NCBI RefSeq assembly: GCF_004010195.1
Contig: NC_057719.1
Location: 64,045,196-64,109,195, forward strand
DNA length: 64,000 nt
Origin: Chiloscyllium plagiosum
Taxonomy: Eukaryota
Direction: 5' to 3'
Part shown: piece by piece, positions 24,001 through 35,291 of the stretch
Layout of the letters: each line of letters starts with the position of its first letter
Numbering within the stretch: position 1 is the stretch's first letter
The notes under the pieces: generated by a model
What the model was told of the DNA's origin: nothing
The model's database searches: none
The model's input: only the letters and a program-made list of their open reading frames with translations
Position numbers and translations under genes: made by a program

Positions 24001-27000
24001 ATTTGAAGGTATCTACTCTGCACTCGTACGTAAAGGAACTATGTCATGGATTAGCAAGTATTATGACCAAATGAGTTAAGGGAAATTGGGTCCAAATTTT
24101 TTAAAAATTTTGCTTAAGACCATTTCAGTTTTGCGATGTAGCAAAAGAATCTATTCGAAAGGTGTTTACAGGAAGCTGCAGAAAGTTGACTGAGAGCTTA
24201 AGAGCCAATAACATGAGGGATATTGGAAATGGGTGGCAATTCACAAGGACAAAACTTTCAGGATTTCTTTGTTGGAGAGAGTGTTAATGACCGATTTTGA
24301 ACGTAAAATGGATAGTAGTGAGGAAGTTAAGGACTGCTATACAGTTACAGCACAGGCGAGTTAATTCAGTTTATCGTATCTGTGTTGGTCTTTGCCAGAG
24401 TAATCCAAAACTAATTCCACGGTCTTGTTTTCTCGCGTACTGTATGTTCTGTTTCAGACATTTTCTTGCTCTTCCATTAAAAGAAGTTGTACCATGTTAT
24501 GACACAGATATAGCAAACCATACCTAATCAGCCTCACTATCACTGGATTTGCAAAACATTCAATGACTTTCAAAATGTCTCAATTGTTCCGAACCAGACT
24601 TCACAAGTAACAAATCTTGGACACTAAGTTTACAGATTAAACAAAAATAAATAAATTATTAAGAATTGAACACAGATGAACAAGGCAATGCAATTAATAT
24701 CTACAACAAACCTTCTTTGAATAGAAGCCCTCACTCTCAAGCTGACCAATAAAAAGAGTTAAGGAATAAATTTAAAATGAAAATAAAATAATTCCTGGGT
24801 ATACGAATAAGAAGGGTTGAGAGGTTTATGGGCCAAATGGACTAGGTCAGATTGGGATGTCTGGTTGGAATAAATGAGTTGGACCGAAGAGTTCTGTTTC
24901 GGTGGTCTACGTTATATAGCTATCTTTTATTCTGGGAAAAGACTTGACCAATAGTACCATCAGCTGGATTCTGAATAGTATCCACCCTCTTGGTAATGTG
25001 CATGTCTACTTTTACTCACTGTCTCCTCCTTCCTGGTAATGCTCAAACACCGGTAGTACAACACCTGATGAGAGAGATCAACATTTATGCACTAATGCAC
25101 ATTATGCACCAACAGCAAATATATTTCACACTTCAAAAGTACAAATGCTTACATTTTTAAAAACACAATTTTCCCTTTTATTTCCTCTCCCCAACCCCAC
25201 TCAAAGCATGGACGTCACACAATGTGAACAAGCTGACCACCTACTCTTAGGATTTGACCAATGCAAATCTGTGATGTTGCAACTGGAAACATGACAGAAT
25301 AACTCAAATTGCATTACTTCCTCTCTGTTACGTTGGCAGAACAGGAACCACCATCTGATAGCAGAGTCACTGGTGAAGAGTATAACCAAGCGGGTTTGTG
25401 CTGATAACCTGTCTGTCAATATGCTGTTTCTGTTTTTGTTGCAAAGGCAGGCAGATCCTGGTGCAGGACACTTGTCAAACTCAAAAAGAGCATTCTCGAT
25501 AAATAACGAAGCAGTGAGGTATTGCCTCAAGACTGCAGCGAAATGGGTCAATTACTCCAAAATGGTCTATGCCAGATTTTGTTTTCCACATAATCATCTT
25601 CCCACCCCACTTCATCAAGGAATCTCCCCCCCCCCCCACCCCCCACGACTCATAACTAGCCCTTGACGCAAATAACACAAATGCATTTTAAGTTCCCATC
25701 CAATACCGTATTTCGTATTGTTTGACACATCGTTCTTTTTGTAAAAGAGTTTTGCTCCAATTTTTTGTTATGGCTATCTTGTATTTATACCTCCAAATTA
25801 TGGTCATACTGACAAGTAGAAAAGTGTTCTCTACATTTAGCCTCTTATTATCTAAATGCTGCCAGTCAACCTTCCCTGAAGAGCTCTAGCTTGTTCAGAC
25901 TTTCCTGACTGTTAGAACCTTTACATTCTAGTATTATTTGTGAGACATTGGACATGGTGCCAATAAAAATCTTTTTTAGAATACATTAATCAGACTGAAA
26001 AACTGCTCACAACTAGACATCTGCAACCTTTAATAATTTCTATTTATTCCAAATTTTATTTGAAGAAAAGGTAGAATGCAAACATATGGTTTCATTTTGC
26101 AATAGTAAAATATTACTTGAACAACTAAGGACAGAATTCTACAGATTTTGCTTGCATGATGCCAAACTTATAAACTTACAGCACAACGAAAGTTAGTTAG
26201 CACACTCATTCAATTTGCATAGACTTCCAAAAATACGTTAGAAATTACAAGCGAACAAGATATCAAAAACCCCATAAAACATACCTGCTACATTGTCTCT
26301 TTTAGCTCGAACCTTAACCTGTGCCTTGTTCACATTCTGAATCACAGTAGTGCTACAAAAAAAAAAGAGATATCAGCCATAATATTAGTCTACGTGCACT
26401 GCGCAAGATGGTTCATAATCAATACTGAGGATTCATGTTTGAAGGATTGCTAACAGTGATTCATTTGAAAAGCCTGTCAACATATTTGAACTTTTTTATT
26501 AATATCATGAAAGGACCACTGAAAGGGATCAGGACTTTATTTTCATAAGACACTTCTTGGAGATCACATGCTTTAAGCTTACTGGTGGACTTATTTACTT
26601 GATATCACATGCATGGGCTAATGACTGCCAGAAGTTAGTTTGCTTTTAATATGGTTCAGTTGAGATACAGTTCACTGAGAGAAGCTACCAAACCAAACTT
26701 CTGCCTGTGAGAAAACCGTTTTGAGGGTCCAGTGTGATAACAGACATTGAAGTAGCCTCTTTACATTGCGTAAATGAACTTGATCTGTTAACGTCCCAAT
26801 GAGATCTGCCTGCATTCAGTAACCCTCATTTGTGTGCGCGCGAGGGCTCTGACTAAAAGCGATCTTCAACATTTCATACCTTATCCTCCTCCTTCCTTCA
26901 AGAACTAACCATCATTTGACCAAAGTGATTTTCTTTTCAAAATTAATCTATGAGAAAGTTTTTCTTTTAATTGATTTGCATACACAGGGGTTATTTAGAA

Positions 27001-30000
27001 GGTTTAATATTTATGCTTTCATGCTTTAATTAATCCAATTTGCATCTTGTCAAGTAAATCTGGTTTTAAAATAGATCAATAATGCTATTAGAGGAACCTG
27101 ATGGATCTTTTTACTTTAAATTTAAACATACATCAAGTATATACTTAGCCATTTTCAATGGCTAGGTAAAGTTTTAAAATTTATACTGTGACTAGTGGAG
27201 TGTTAGGCTTAGACAGCAACAATGCATTTCACAAATTTCAGTCATAGAATCCTAGAATCCCTACAGTGCAGAAAGAGACCATTTGCCCTATCAAGTCCAC
27301 AGCAACCCTCTGAAGAGCATCCCATTCAGAAATTGTCCCCTACTCTACTCTAATAATCCCAGATTTACCATGAATAATCTACTTGGCATGTGGGATAAAA
27401 CTGGAGCATCAGGCAGAAACCACACAGACATGGGGAGAATCTAGAAACTCCACACAGAGTCACTCTAGGTCCAAATCTGGATCCCAGGTGCTGTGAGGCA
27501 GCAGCGCTCACTCCTGAGCCAGTGTGCTGCCCCAAATACTCTAATCTATTTAACTTGAAGGTAACGGATTTCAATCTGATACTTCACATTTTAAGCAGTG
27601 AATTCCTAATGGTATTTGATCAAAAGGTATGTTAATGGACTAATGCTGAAAATTATAGCTTAATTATGCACAGCTAATGAGCAACCTTTATGGTTAAGTA
27701 TATTTTAAATTCAGCACACTTGTGTAAAGTCAATAAAAATGACATGGACTCTGTAATCATAAGCAATTGAAAAAATTCAACATCTATTAAGATTCCAATT
27801 TAATGTATAACAATTTTTCATAAAATAACTGCTCCCATGGAGCAAGTAAAGATCAGCCAAGTCACCAAAACTATTGTCTCTAAACACCAATAACAAAGAT
27901 GAATTTCCCAAAGCCTTAGTTACGAACTAAGTGGTCACTCTGCAGAGAAACCTTTGGCAATTGCAGTCTCACCTGAAGTCTCCAGCAGTGAATTTGGCTT
28001 CTGCTAAGGAAAAGGCTGCTTCCCTCATTACTTCACCCATCAGCGTCTTAGTCTGAGATGCAAAACCGAAAATTAATGCAAATGTTTGATGTGGCACTGC
28101 TAACTTTTACTGAAATACAGGGCTCAGCAACCTTTATATCATTTTATCTTTGCTACAAGGTTTTTTTGTTTAATTAAAAAGGAAATGCCCAGTTCATTTA
28201 CAGATACATCATAACATTTGTTATCTCCAAACGTCTGTGAGGATGTCCTCATTTTCTGCCAATCGCTTTAATATATTCATCATCTTTGCCACCCAGGTAA
28301 AAGCAGTCAGTCAGAGTGCTTAAACAGGCCCTAAAAATAGTGGATACTTGATAGTCACTTTTCAAAATTCTGTAGATTTTGGAACAGTTCCTATGGATGT
28401 CACTAATGTCAAGCTTGACAAATCTATTGGAATTTTACCGGACTTCCAGAGCCTTTCCACATCAGTCACGTAAAGTTAATGTGCTTGGAATGGGGGGGTG
28501 GGGGGGGCGAGGGGCGGCAGCGTAAAGACATGGATAAACTGGCCGTTAGACAGGAAACATCGCTGGAATAAACAGAACTTTTTCCAAGCGGTAGCCAGTG
28601 ACTAGTGGGGTACTGCAGGGATCAGTGCATGGATCCCATGATATAAATGAAGAAACTAAATGCAATAATGCATGGCGTAGACTGGGAAATCTGGGTCCAG
28701 TTGCTGAAAGCATGCATACAGATGGTGAGGAAGGCAAATGTTACATTGACCTTCATAGCAAAGGGATTGGAATACAGGAGCAAGGATGTCTTGATGCAAT
28801 TCCACAGTGTCTTGATGAGACCACATCTGGAGTATTATGTGCAGTTCTAGTCTCCTTATCTGACAAAAGACATTCTAGTTATGGAGGGAGAGCAATGAAG
28901 GTTTACCAGACTGATTCTTGGGAACGACAGGACTGACGTACAAGAGACTGGATCAGTTAAGACTATATTGACTGGACTTTAGAAGAATGAGTGGAATCTC
29001 ATAGAAAGCTATTCTAACAGAATTAGGCAGAACAAACACAGGAAGGATATTCCCGATGAGCCGGGAATCCAGAACCAGAGGTCATGGTAAGGAGAAATTT
29101 CTTCACACAAAGATAGGAAGCTAAATAGAACTATACTGAATGATCAGGACTGCAGCGTTAAAAACTGCACTAACATTGCTAAATTTGTTTTGTGAGCTAG
29201 AAGGAAAATAAATAGGAAGGTTTAGTTAAAATTATAATTGCTCTGAAAATAAATTTCACCTCTATAATCTTTTTCAGGATTTGTCTGAAACGCAGGGTAA
29301 GGGCATCAGACTTTTTCTTTAGTAGGTTGCGACCAGTCTGAGCACCTTTTAAACGGGCCTTCATTATAGTTTGTGCCCTGTAACAAACGCAAAGGAAAAA
29401 AAGTTAGGTTTACTACTTCTGCCGACTGCCTTATTTAATTAGACTTAACATTAAATGAATTTATTTTTCAGCTCAAAGGTAGCATATCAGATTCTCATTT
29501 TCAATGGCACCTTTACAAGTGTGCATTTCTTTGCATGCATAGGAAAGCTTCCAGTGACAGATGCTTTTGCCCCCAGTTTTCATGTTGATGTGTTAGGAAA
29601 AGGTGTTTCACTTTCTATTTTTAAAACTGGGGGAAGGGCTGTTCTTTTAAATGCACATGAAACATTTAGGGTTAAAAAGAGGAACAATGAACAGCTTTAG
29701 CTTGCTAGATAAAGAGATGGTGGGCTCTTGCAGCATAGTGTAGTGCCCCTATCTCGGAGCTAGGACGCTCACATTTAGGTCCCACCTGCCTCAGGTGTTA
29801 TAACAACGACCGAGCTGTTGGGCTTAAAATTCTTTGTTTAACAGCTGGATGGATAATTCAAAGTCTGAACCAAACGTGGACAATAGTTATTTTGACTACA
29901 ATTAAGTCAAATATTTGGGGCCAGCCCACAACAGAAACATACTTGACATCCATCGTTCACTCGGATATCTTGTAAATTTGAAATTAGCACGAGAATGTTA

Positions 30001-33000
30001 AATGAGAGAGTTTAACGACACATAGAACAAAAGATTTTATTCCCTCCAAACCAAATATTTCAGGCTGAAAAACATTTTCAGTTTCAAAACATGCATTACA
30101 ATAGCACTATTTTCTAAAGTGAACCTGAGGAAGAATTTTGAACTGTTTAAATGCGAACATGACAAAACTGATTTTTTTCTAAAACTGCAACAAATATAAG
30201 AGTTGAACAGCCAGTTGCATTGTGTCAAGATTTCATGAAAACTCAGCGACGAAAAACTTTGCTCAGCTGATTCTCATGTATTAAACTCCCCCAAACCAGT
30301 TCCCAGTGTCGGTGTATACACTACTGTTTATACAAAAATATTTGTTTTAAAATTTTTCTTCTATTGAAAAAGGTCATAGAGGACATCAAGTAAAAGGAGT
30401 TAGATTTTAAATATGAAAGATTCTCATGAAGCAGCTTAGAATTATTGTTGAAGATCTTCAAAATGCCATGAGCAGGTGCAGAAAGTAGTCAAGGTGGCTG
30501 ATGGAATGCTGGCCTTCATATCCAAAAGGCTGGAGTATAAGAATGCACATGTTATCCTGCAGTTATACAAAACCTTAGACTACCAAGGGCACCACACCCT
30601 AGGAAGGTTTTCATGGCCCTGGAGGGAGTTCAATGCAGGTTTATAAGGATGAAATGTGGACTTCAGGGGTTCAGTTACAAGAAAAGATTGGACAAATTAG
30701 ACCCTCATTCTCTAGAATTGAGGTTTTGAAATATTTTCAATAATTCAATGTTCGAGAGTCAGGGTGCATAGTAAGAGAATTAGGACTCAGCCATTCAAGA
30801 GATGTTAGAAAGCACTTCTACACACAAAGAGTAGAGGGGTTTGGAACTTTCTTCCTCAAATGGCAGTCTATGCTAATTCAAGCAAATCTTAGCAGGACTT
30901 ATATACTTAATGGTAAGGTCCTAGGGAGTGCTGCTGAACAAAGAGACCTTGGAGTGCAGTTCATAGCTCCTTGAAAGTGGAGTCGCAGGTAGATAGGATA
31001 GTGAACGCAGCGTTTGGTATGCTTTCCTTTATTGGTCAGAGTATGGAGTACAGGAGTTGGGAGATCATGTTGCAGCTGTACAGGACATTGGTTAGGCCAC
31101 TGTTGGAACACTGCGTGCAATTCTGGTCTCCTTCCTATCAGAAAGATGTTGTGAAACTTGAAAGGGTTCAGAAAAGATTTACAAGGATGTTGCCAGGGCA
31201 GGCTGGTACTGTTTTCCCTGGAGCGTCAGAGGCTGAGGGGTGACCTGATAGAGGTTTACAAAATTATGAGGGGCATGGATAGGATAAATAGAAAAAGTCT
31301 TTCCCCTCGGGTTGGAGAATCCAGAACTAGAAGGCATAGGTTTAGGGTGAGAGGGGAAAGATATAGAAGAGACCTACGGGGCAACGTTTTCACACAGGGT
31401 GGTGCGTGTATGGAATGAGCTGCCAGAGGGAGTGGTGGAGGCTGGTACAATTGCAACATTTAAGAGGCATCTGGATAGGTATATGAATAGGAAGGGTTTG
31501 GAGGGATATGGGCTGGGTGCTGGCTGGTGGAACTAGGTTGGGTTGGGATATCTGGTCGACATGGATGAGTCGGACCGAAGGGTCTGTTTCCATCCTGTAC
31601 ATCTCTGTGACTCTATAACTGTTAAAGTTAAATCTGAGAGACAATTTTTTACTGAGCAAAGTTTCAAGGCACATGGGCCCAAAGCGGGGATATGGAGATA
31701 GGGCACAGATCAACTATGATCTTATTGAAAGATGAAGCAGTCTTGAGGGACTGAGTGACCTACTCCAGTTCCTATTTGGAGTAGTGCGTTTAGTTTGGGA
31801 AACCTTATTTAAGAAAGGATGTTAAAGCCCTTGAGAGATTGCAAAGGATATTTAGTAGAATGATGCCAGGAATGAGGGAATTTGCAAATAAAGAAAGATT
31901 AGAGAAATTGGGCTTATTCTCCTTGGAGAGAGAAGATTAAGAGGCGGTTGAAAATTATAAACAGTTTTGACAGGGATAAAGGAGGATATCCTGTTTCCAT
32001 TAATTGGGATGTTAGTAACTTGGGTTCACAATTTCAAGATTGTCAGCAAGATAGTTCAGAGGGAGATGGGGGAGAAATGTCTTTACTCAGAGTTGTTTGG
32101 ATTTGGAATAAACTCTCAGAGTGTGATGAAGACAGATTCCACATGGAGTTTCAAAAGACAGCTGGCTATGTATTTGGAAGTGAGAAATTTAGAGGACTTT
32201 GGAGAGAGAGCTGGAGAATAGGAGTAACTGGGTAGCTCTTTTGGGAGCTGGAACAGACACAATGGGCCTAATATCCTCATTCTGGACTGGAAAGTTCTAT
32301 GAATCTATCATTTACACATCATAAGGAAATTAAATAATCTCAGTTTTTGGTGATCATTACAGAACAATACTAGCCAGAACAACCCTTCTCTCACATTTCT
32401 GAAATTCTAACCTGTCAGTTAAATAATTTTGGAAATGGGGATGGGGAGGGTGCTGCATGTATCCATGTGAACCTTTCCAAATCAGATACAAAATGTGCTG
32501 TGGATGAAGTCCAAATTCAGACAACACTAACTTATTAAAGTTTTCTGTACCTGCAGAGGAGCTCATATTTATTTCTACCATGTCACAATTTCACAAGTCT
32601 TGGTGCATATAGTTATGTCTAACAAAAAACTGTTCTAGAGGACGCTCAAAATCCTCTATTGATTTCTCAGAATCAATCATCTTAAACCACTGTAACCATT
32701 GTAGGGTTGTCAGATAGGCATTACAAAGTCTTCATAACACAGCAGTACAAATGTTTGTTTTCCCATACCATTGTATACAATAGAACTTACTAAAAATTCA
32801 GAACTACCTGGTGTTCATGCATTTTTGTAAGTGATTTTTTACACCAATGCCATTTTAATTTGTAGTATTTTAAATCGGTTTTGTTGTGTTTCCTAGATCA
32901 ACTTGAATATTTTCAATGCAAGAGTCTGAGGCACAATGTAACCGCAGAACCTGCAGGTGTAGATTCATCAATTAAAAAAGCAACCTTGGTTTTAATGATC

Positions 33001-33632
33001 TATTTGTAAATTTTATGCTATTCTTTTTAGTCAATTTACCCAGTGACTTGATTTGTTCCAATTTTGAAAATAACCTAACAAAGGTGTTTTTGTTAGGTAG
33101 TATCAGGCATAGTATCGACAAACGTTGGTGGCATGCACTTTGCACAAATCATGTGGAGATCCACGTATAATGGCTGCTTTTGATTTTAAAAAGCTGGTTC
33201 TCACATGTTGCTTAATACAAAATTTCAATGAAGAGAATGAGTTTCTTTTGCAAAATATCAATGTTGATGATAAATTGTTAATAACGAATTGCGAAATTTT
33301 GGAATTTGATATCCAAATTGGGCACCGATACATTAACCTGTCTGTGGTATAATCGCCGAAAGACACTCGCAACTTTTATTTAGTTTCGAATGTGATAGTT
33401 CATTTATTTGGAAATAGCTGGATGATTCAGGAAGAAATGAGTCGACTCCCTTAAACGCAGTTTCATCACAACGGCCCTTCTCCTGACCCAAAATTTCAAA
33501 TGCTAAACTTTAAAATTTTCAGGTCAGAGCACTAGACTCCAAACCTGCGACGACAGGTAGAACCGTAATCAAAACGAAATCTGATACTCACATCCGCGAT
33601 GGAAAGATCTCAATCCTCTCTTTGCCTGACAT
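17900..33632 (-). CDS. ATP6V1D: V-type proton ATPase subunit D, complete gene; join(33632..33592,29377..29260,28052..27973,26352..26285,25064..25020,23388..23285,23021..22955,18546..18468,18038..17900) = 741 nt, 246 aa
   Basis: Manual splicing gives MSGKERIEIFPSRMAQTIMKARLKGAQTGRNLLKKKSDAL...[19 protein letters not shown]...EEEKDEDLLFD*. All introns are GT-AG, phases are consistent, and exon sizes are 41/118/80/68/45/104/67/79/139. Confidence 0.98.
18468..18546 (-). CDS. ATP6V1D: ATP6V1D coding exon 8 ([25 protein letters not shown])
   Basis: acceptor cttaag|; donor AG|gtaagt. Confidence 0.97.
19090..19200 (-). mobile_element. short (~110 bp) tRNA-derived SINE
   Basis: ctaatcag...gaggtgttattacac...gggacttgaaccc; shared with the copies at 29722, 34895, 35895 and 63220. 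Confidence 0.65.
19295..19446. mobile_element. truncated Penelope-like insertion
   Basis: gatgctggaaaa.../cacagatgctgccagacctgctgagcttttccagca arm; flanked on both sides by aacatctc. Confidence 0.6.
20245..21470 (-). mobile_element. two nested CR1 3' fragments (younger copy ~20990-21440 inside an older copy)
   Basis: Both carry CR1 tail and C-terminal ORF2 signatures; the host text aaatgcatcacctcacact...ttatcagaatgaaatgccatctgcca is split by the insert. Confidence 0.75.
21471..21586 (+). mobile_element. V-SINE (HE1-like) 3' tail fragment
   Basis: gggtgggttactcttcggagggtcggtgtggacttgttgggctgaagggcctgtttccacac matches the 3' part of 40573-40886. Confidence 0.75.
22440..22910 (+). mobile_element. 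old CR1 3' fragment
   Basis: RFTRMIPGL-like tagatttaccagaatgataccaggact; tail gaggggctaaatggcctcctcc. Confidence 0.6.
22955..23021 (-). CDS. ATP6V1D: ATP6V1D coding exon 7 ([22 protein letters not shown])
   Basis: acceptor tttcag|; donor G|gtaagt; contains the conserved RRVNA motif. Confidence 0.97.
23285..23388 (-). CDS. ATP6V1D: ATP6V1D coding exon 6 (YELTGLARGGEQLAKLKRNYAKAVELLVELASLQ)
   Basis: acceptor tattag|; donor CAG|gtaagc. Confidence 0.97.
25020..25064 (-). CDS. ATP6V1D: ATP6V1D coding exon 5 (GVVLPVFEHYQEGGD)
   Basis: acceptor catcag|; donor A|gtgagt. Confidence 0.96.
26285..26352 (-). CDS. ATP6V1D: ATP6V1D coding exon 4 (TTVIQNVNKAQVKVRAKRDNVA)
   Basis: acceptor poly-T gtag|; donor G|gtatgt. 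Confidence 0.97.
26475..27245 (+). mobile_element. possible degraded Gypsy-type solo LTR
   Basis: Starts TGT; the 3' end tgtgactagtggagtg...cagtcata resembles shark LTR ends from memory; TSD not verifiable because a SINE abuts it. Confidence 0.3.
27243..27533 (-). mobile_element. V-SINE (HE1-like), near full length
   Basis: Reverse complement begins gggcagcacactggctcagg...gctgctgcctcacagcacctggga; V-domain-like tctccccatgtctgtgtgg. Confidence 0.85.
27973..28052 (-). CDS. ATP6V1D: ATP6V1D coding exon 3 (TKTLMGEVMREAAFSLAEAKFTAGDF)
   Basis: acceptor tctcag|; donor AG|gtgaga. Confidence 0.97.
28325..29110 (+). mobile_element. degraded CR1 LINE fragment with internal deletions
   Basis: VTSGVLQGS and GLEYRSKDVLMQ...RPHLEYYVQF in ORFs 28598 and 28647. 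Confidence 0.8.
29260..29377 (-). CDS. ATP6V1D: ATP6V1D coding exon 2 (AQTIMKARLKGAQTGRNLLKKKSDALTLRFRQILKKIIE)
   Basis: acceptor ttacag|G; donor GAG|gtgaaa. Confidence 0.97.
29722..29830 (+). mobile_element. short tRNA-derived SINE
   Basis: Similar to 34895-35004. Confidence 0.55.
30465..32305 (+). mobile_element. cluster of CR1 3' fragments: old copy 30465-31775 with a young copy nested at 30881-31617, then another copy at 31777-32305
   Basis: ORF 30971..31243 (LYRTLVRPLLEHCVQFWSP, RFTRMLPG), ORF 31158..31418, and three separate CR1 tails. Confidence 0.85.
33592..33632 (-). CDS. ATP6V1D: ATP6V1D coding exon 1 (MSGKERIEIFPSR-M)
   Basis: ATG at 33632; donor AT|GTGAGT. Confidence 0.96.
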
Positions 33633-34479
33633 TTTTGGCTATTTCAGGAGTCGAGGAAAAGGTGAAAATCCTGACAACCGACGAGGAATGTCCCGTGACC
33701 TTCAGCAAGTTGCCAGGCAGTGACTGAGTCCTAGCGGGGCTACTTCCTCCTGCAAATAGCTTTTTTTTTCTCCCTCGATTCGTACAAATTGTTGGTTTTC
33801 ACGGATCAGCTGCTGGGAAAACCACGTGACAGGGCGGAGGTGACCTATGACCTTCCTTGAGGGTGGAGGTTAACTTTCTCCAAATATTCTAGATACGGGT
33901 TTTTTTTTAAATAAACTTTACCCTCGTGTTGTTGTTGTTTGCCTCACCGATTCAATGTCTCGGTGTTTTATCCCGCTGTTATTTATTATCGACGATCCTT
34001 CACCAAAATGGCGGCAGCGCGTCTTTACTCCCCTGCTTCCCCTCCATTTCCAATCGTCCGGTACTGGACAACGAAAATCCAACAAAGCCATCGTGTAAAA
34101 AGTTAGTGAGGGTGGGTCATGAATGTCACTAATCAAGGCGACTCCGCTTATTTTGATAGGGACTTCGAGGGTAACGTGGAGTGTCCATTTTCTCCCCCCT
34201 CCTCCTCCTCTCGGCTTCCTTTCGCAGCGCTGCGCCTGCGCAGGAGTGACGGTATGGGGGAAATGTAATGCATTTTGCCTGCGCGCGAGGTGTTCTGCGG
34301 AGCGACGGAATTGGGGGAACATACCGCACCTGCGCTGTTCGGTATGTGGCCGACGCTGCGCCTTTGCAGAAGGAAGAGAATACCGCAGCTGAAACGGAAA
34401 TGGCATCGCGCCTGCGCAGAAGGGAGAGGACGTCGTAAGGGAAACAAACGGCACCGCGCCTGTGCATAAAGGGTATGCG

Positions 34480-34564
34480 AGGCGACGGAAACGGCGCCAA
34501 GTAAGAGAGTGGGCCTGAGGTGCTGATCGCCTTCATTCCTTCGTTGTCCGTAGATTGTGCTCAA
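34480..34564 (+). other. EIF2S1: EIF2S1 probable non-coding exon 1 (5' end approximate)
   Basis: Strong donor CAA|GTAAGT at 34565 and Inr-like TCATTCC at 34533-34539. Coding exon 2 starts with an acceptor 1 nt before the ATG, so an upstream untranslated exon is required. Confidence 0.6.
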
Positions 34565-34894
34565 GTAAGTGAGACACTGAACTATCTTTTCACGTCGTGA
34601 GTCTGTGCCCTGCCACTGATTCACTGGAAAAGGTGGGTGTGGACGCTGGCCTAATGACAGCATGTTTTATCCGGGCACAGCGGGTCCTCGACTTCATCCG
34701 CAGGCTCACCCAGGCCCCGGTGACCCTCCTTTTATATGGTTCCAGTCAGTGTGAGTTTGTGTCTGTCTCCGTGTCATTTGAAATCTGACAGAGAGCTCTC
34801 ACCGCGTATCTCGGGATTGCCTGAGACCTGAGATTTTCCGGTGGGGCCTCTCTTGCCACTCCAACCACTCCCAAGGCCTGGAATGTGGTAGTTT

Positions 34895-35004
34895 CAGAGA
34901 ATGGTGGTAGTGTCCCCATCTCTGACCCAGGAGATCCGCGTTCAAGTCCCATTTGTTCCAGAGGAGTGTAATAACATCCCCGAACAGGTTGATTAGAAAA
35001 TATC
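34895..35004 (+). mobile_element. short tRNA-derived SINE
   Basis: A-box-like tggtggtagtg, B-box gttcaagtccc, then gaggagtgtaataacatc...gattagaaaata. Confidence 0.7.
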
Positions 35005-35291
35005 TGCAGCCACGTGAGACCTGTCTGAGGATTCTTGAAGTTCACAGATGGAAGGTAGATGGATTGCATCATTCTTAAAGTGAAATCCCAAGGGATGGAA
35101 GGCCTCAATACTATATTCACTTCGTTGTCAAGGAATGTCTTCTCTATCTCTGCTAGTTTAGGAATTGAGCTAGGTCAGGCTTAAATTTCCTTGTTTTAAC
35201 AGACTAGATATTTGGAATTAAGGCCTTATGGACATTTTTGTATTTTGTCACGAGTAAGATGAAGAATTCAAACGAGTATAATTGCATTATT

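Larger units (their letters stand above)
33540..34830. promoter_or_regulatory. CpG-rich bidirectional promoter shared by ATP6V1D and EIF2S1
   Basis: Marked CpG/GC enrichment versus the flanks, lying between two divergent first exons. NRF1-like GCGCCTGCGCA at 34231-34242 and 34407-34418, YY1 CAAAATGGCGGC at 34004-34015, E-box CACGTGAC at 33823-33830, GC box at 33831-33840. Confidence 0.88.

Noticed and set aside
28492..28517. G-rich run with G-quadruplex potential (also the C-run at 25626-25643)
   Set aside because: Simple homopolymer expansions, the first inside a decayed CR1; nothing else suggests function.
34008..34106. Plus-strand ATG in good context (AAAATGGCG) starting a 32-aa peptide
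   Set aside because: Better explained as a YY1 motif; the peptide is featureless.
33918..34663. ORFs of 135-178 aa across the promoter
   Set aside because: Low stop-codon frequency in GC-rich DNA; no recognisable domain; overlapping on several frames.
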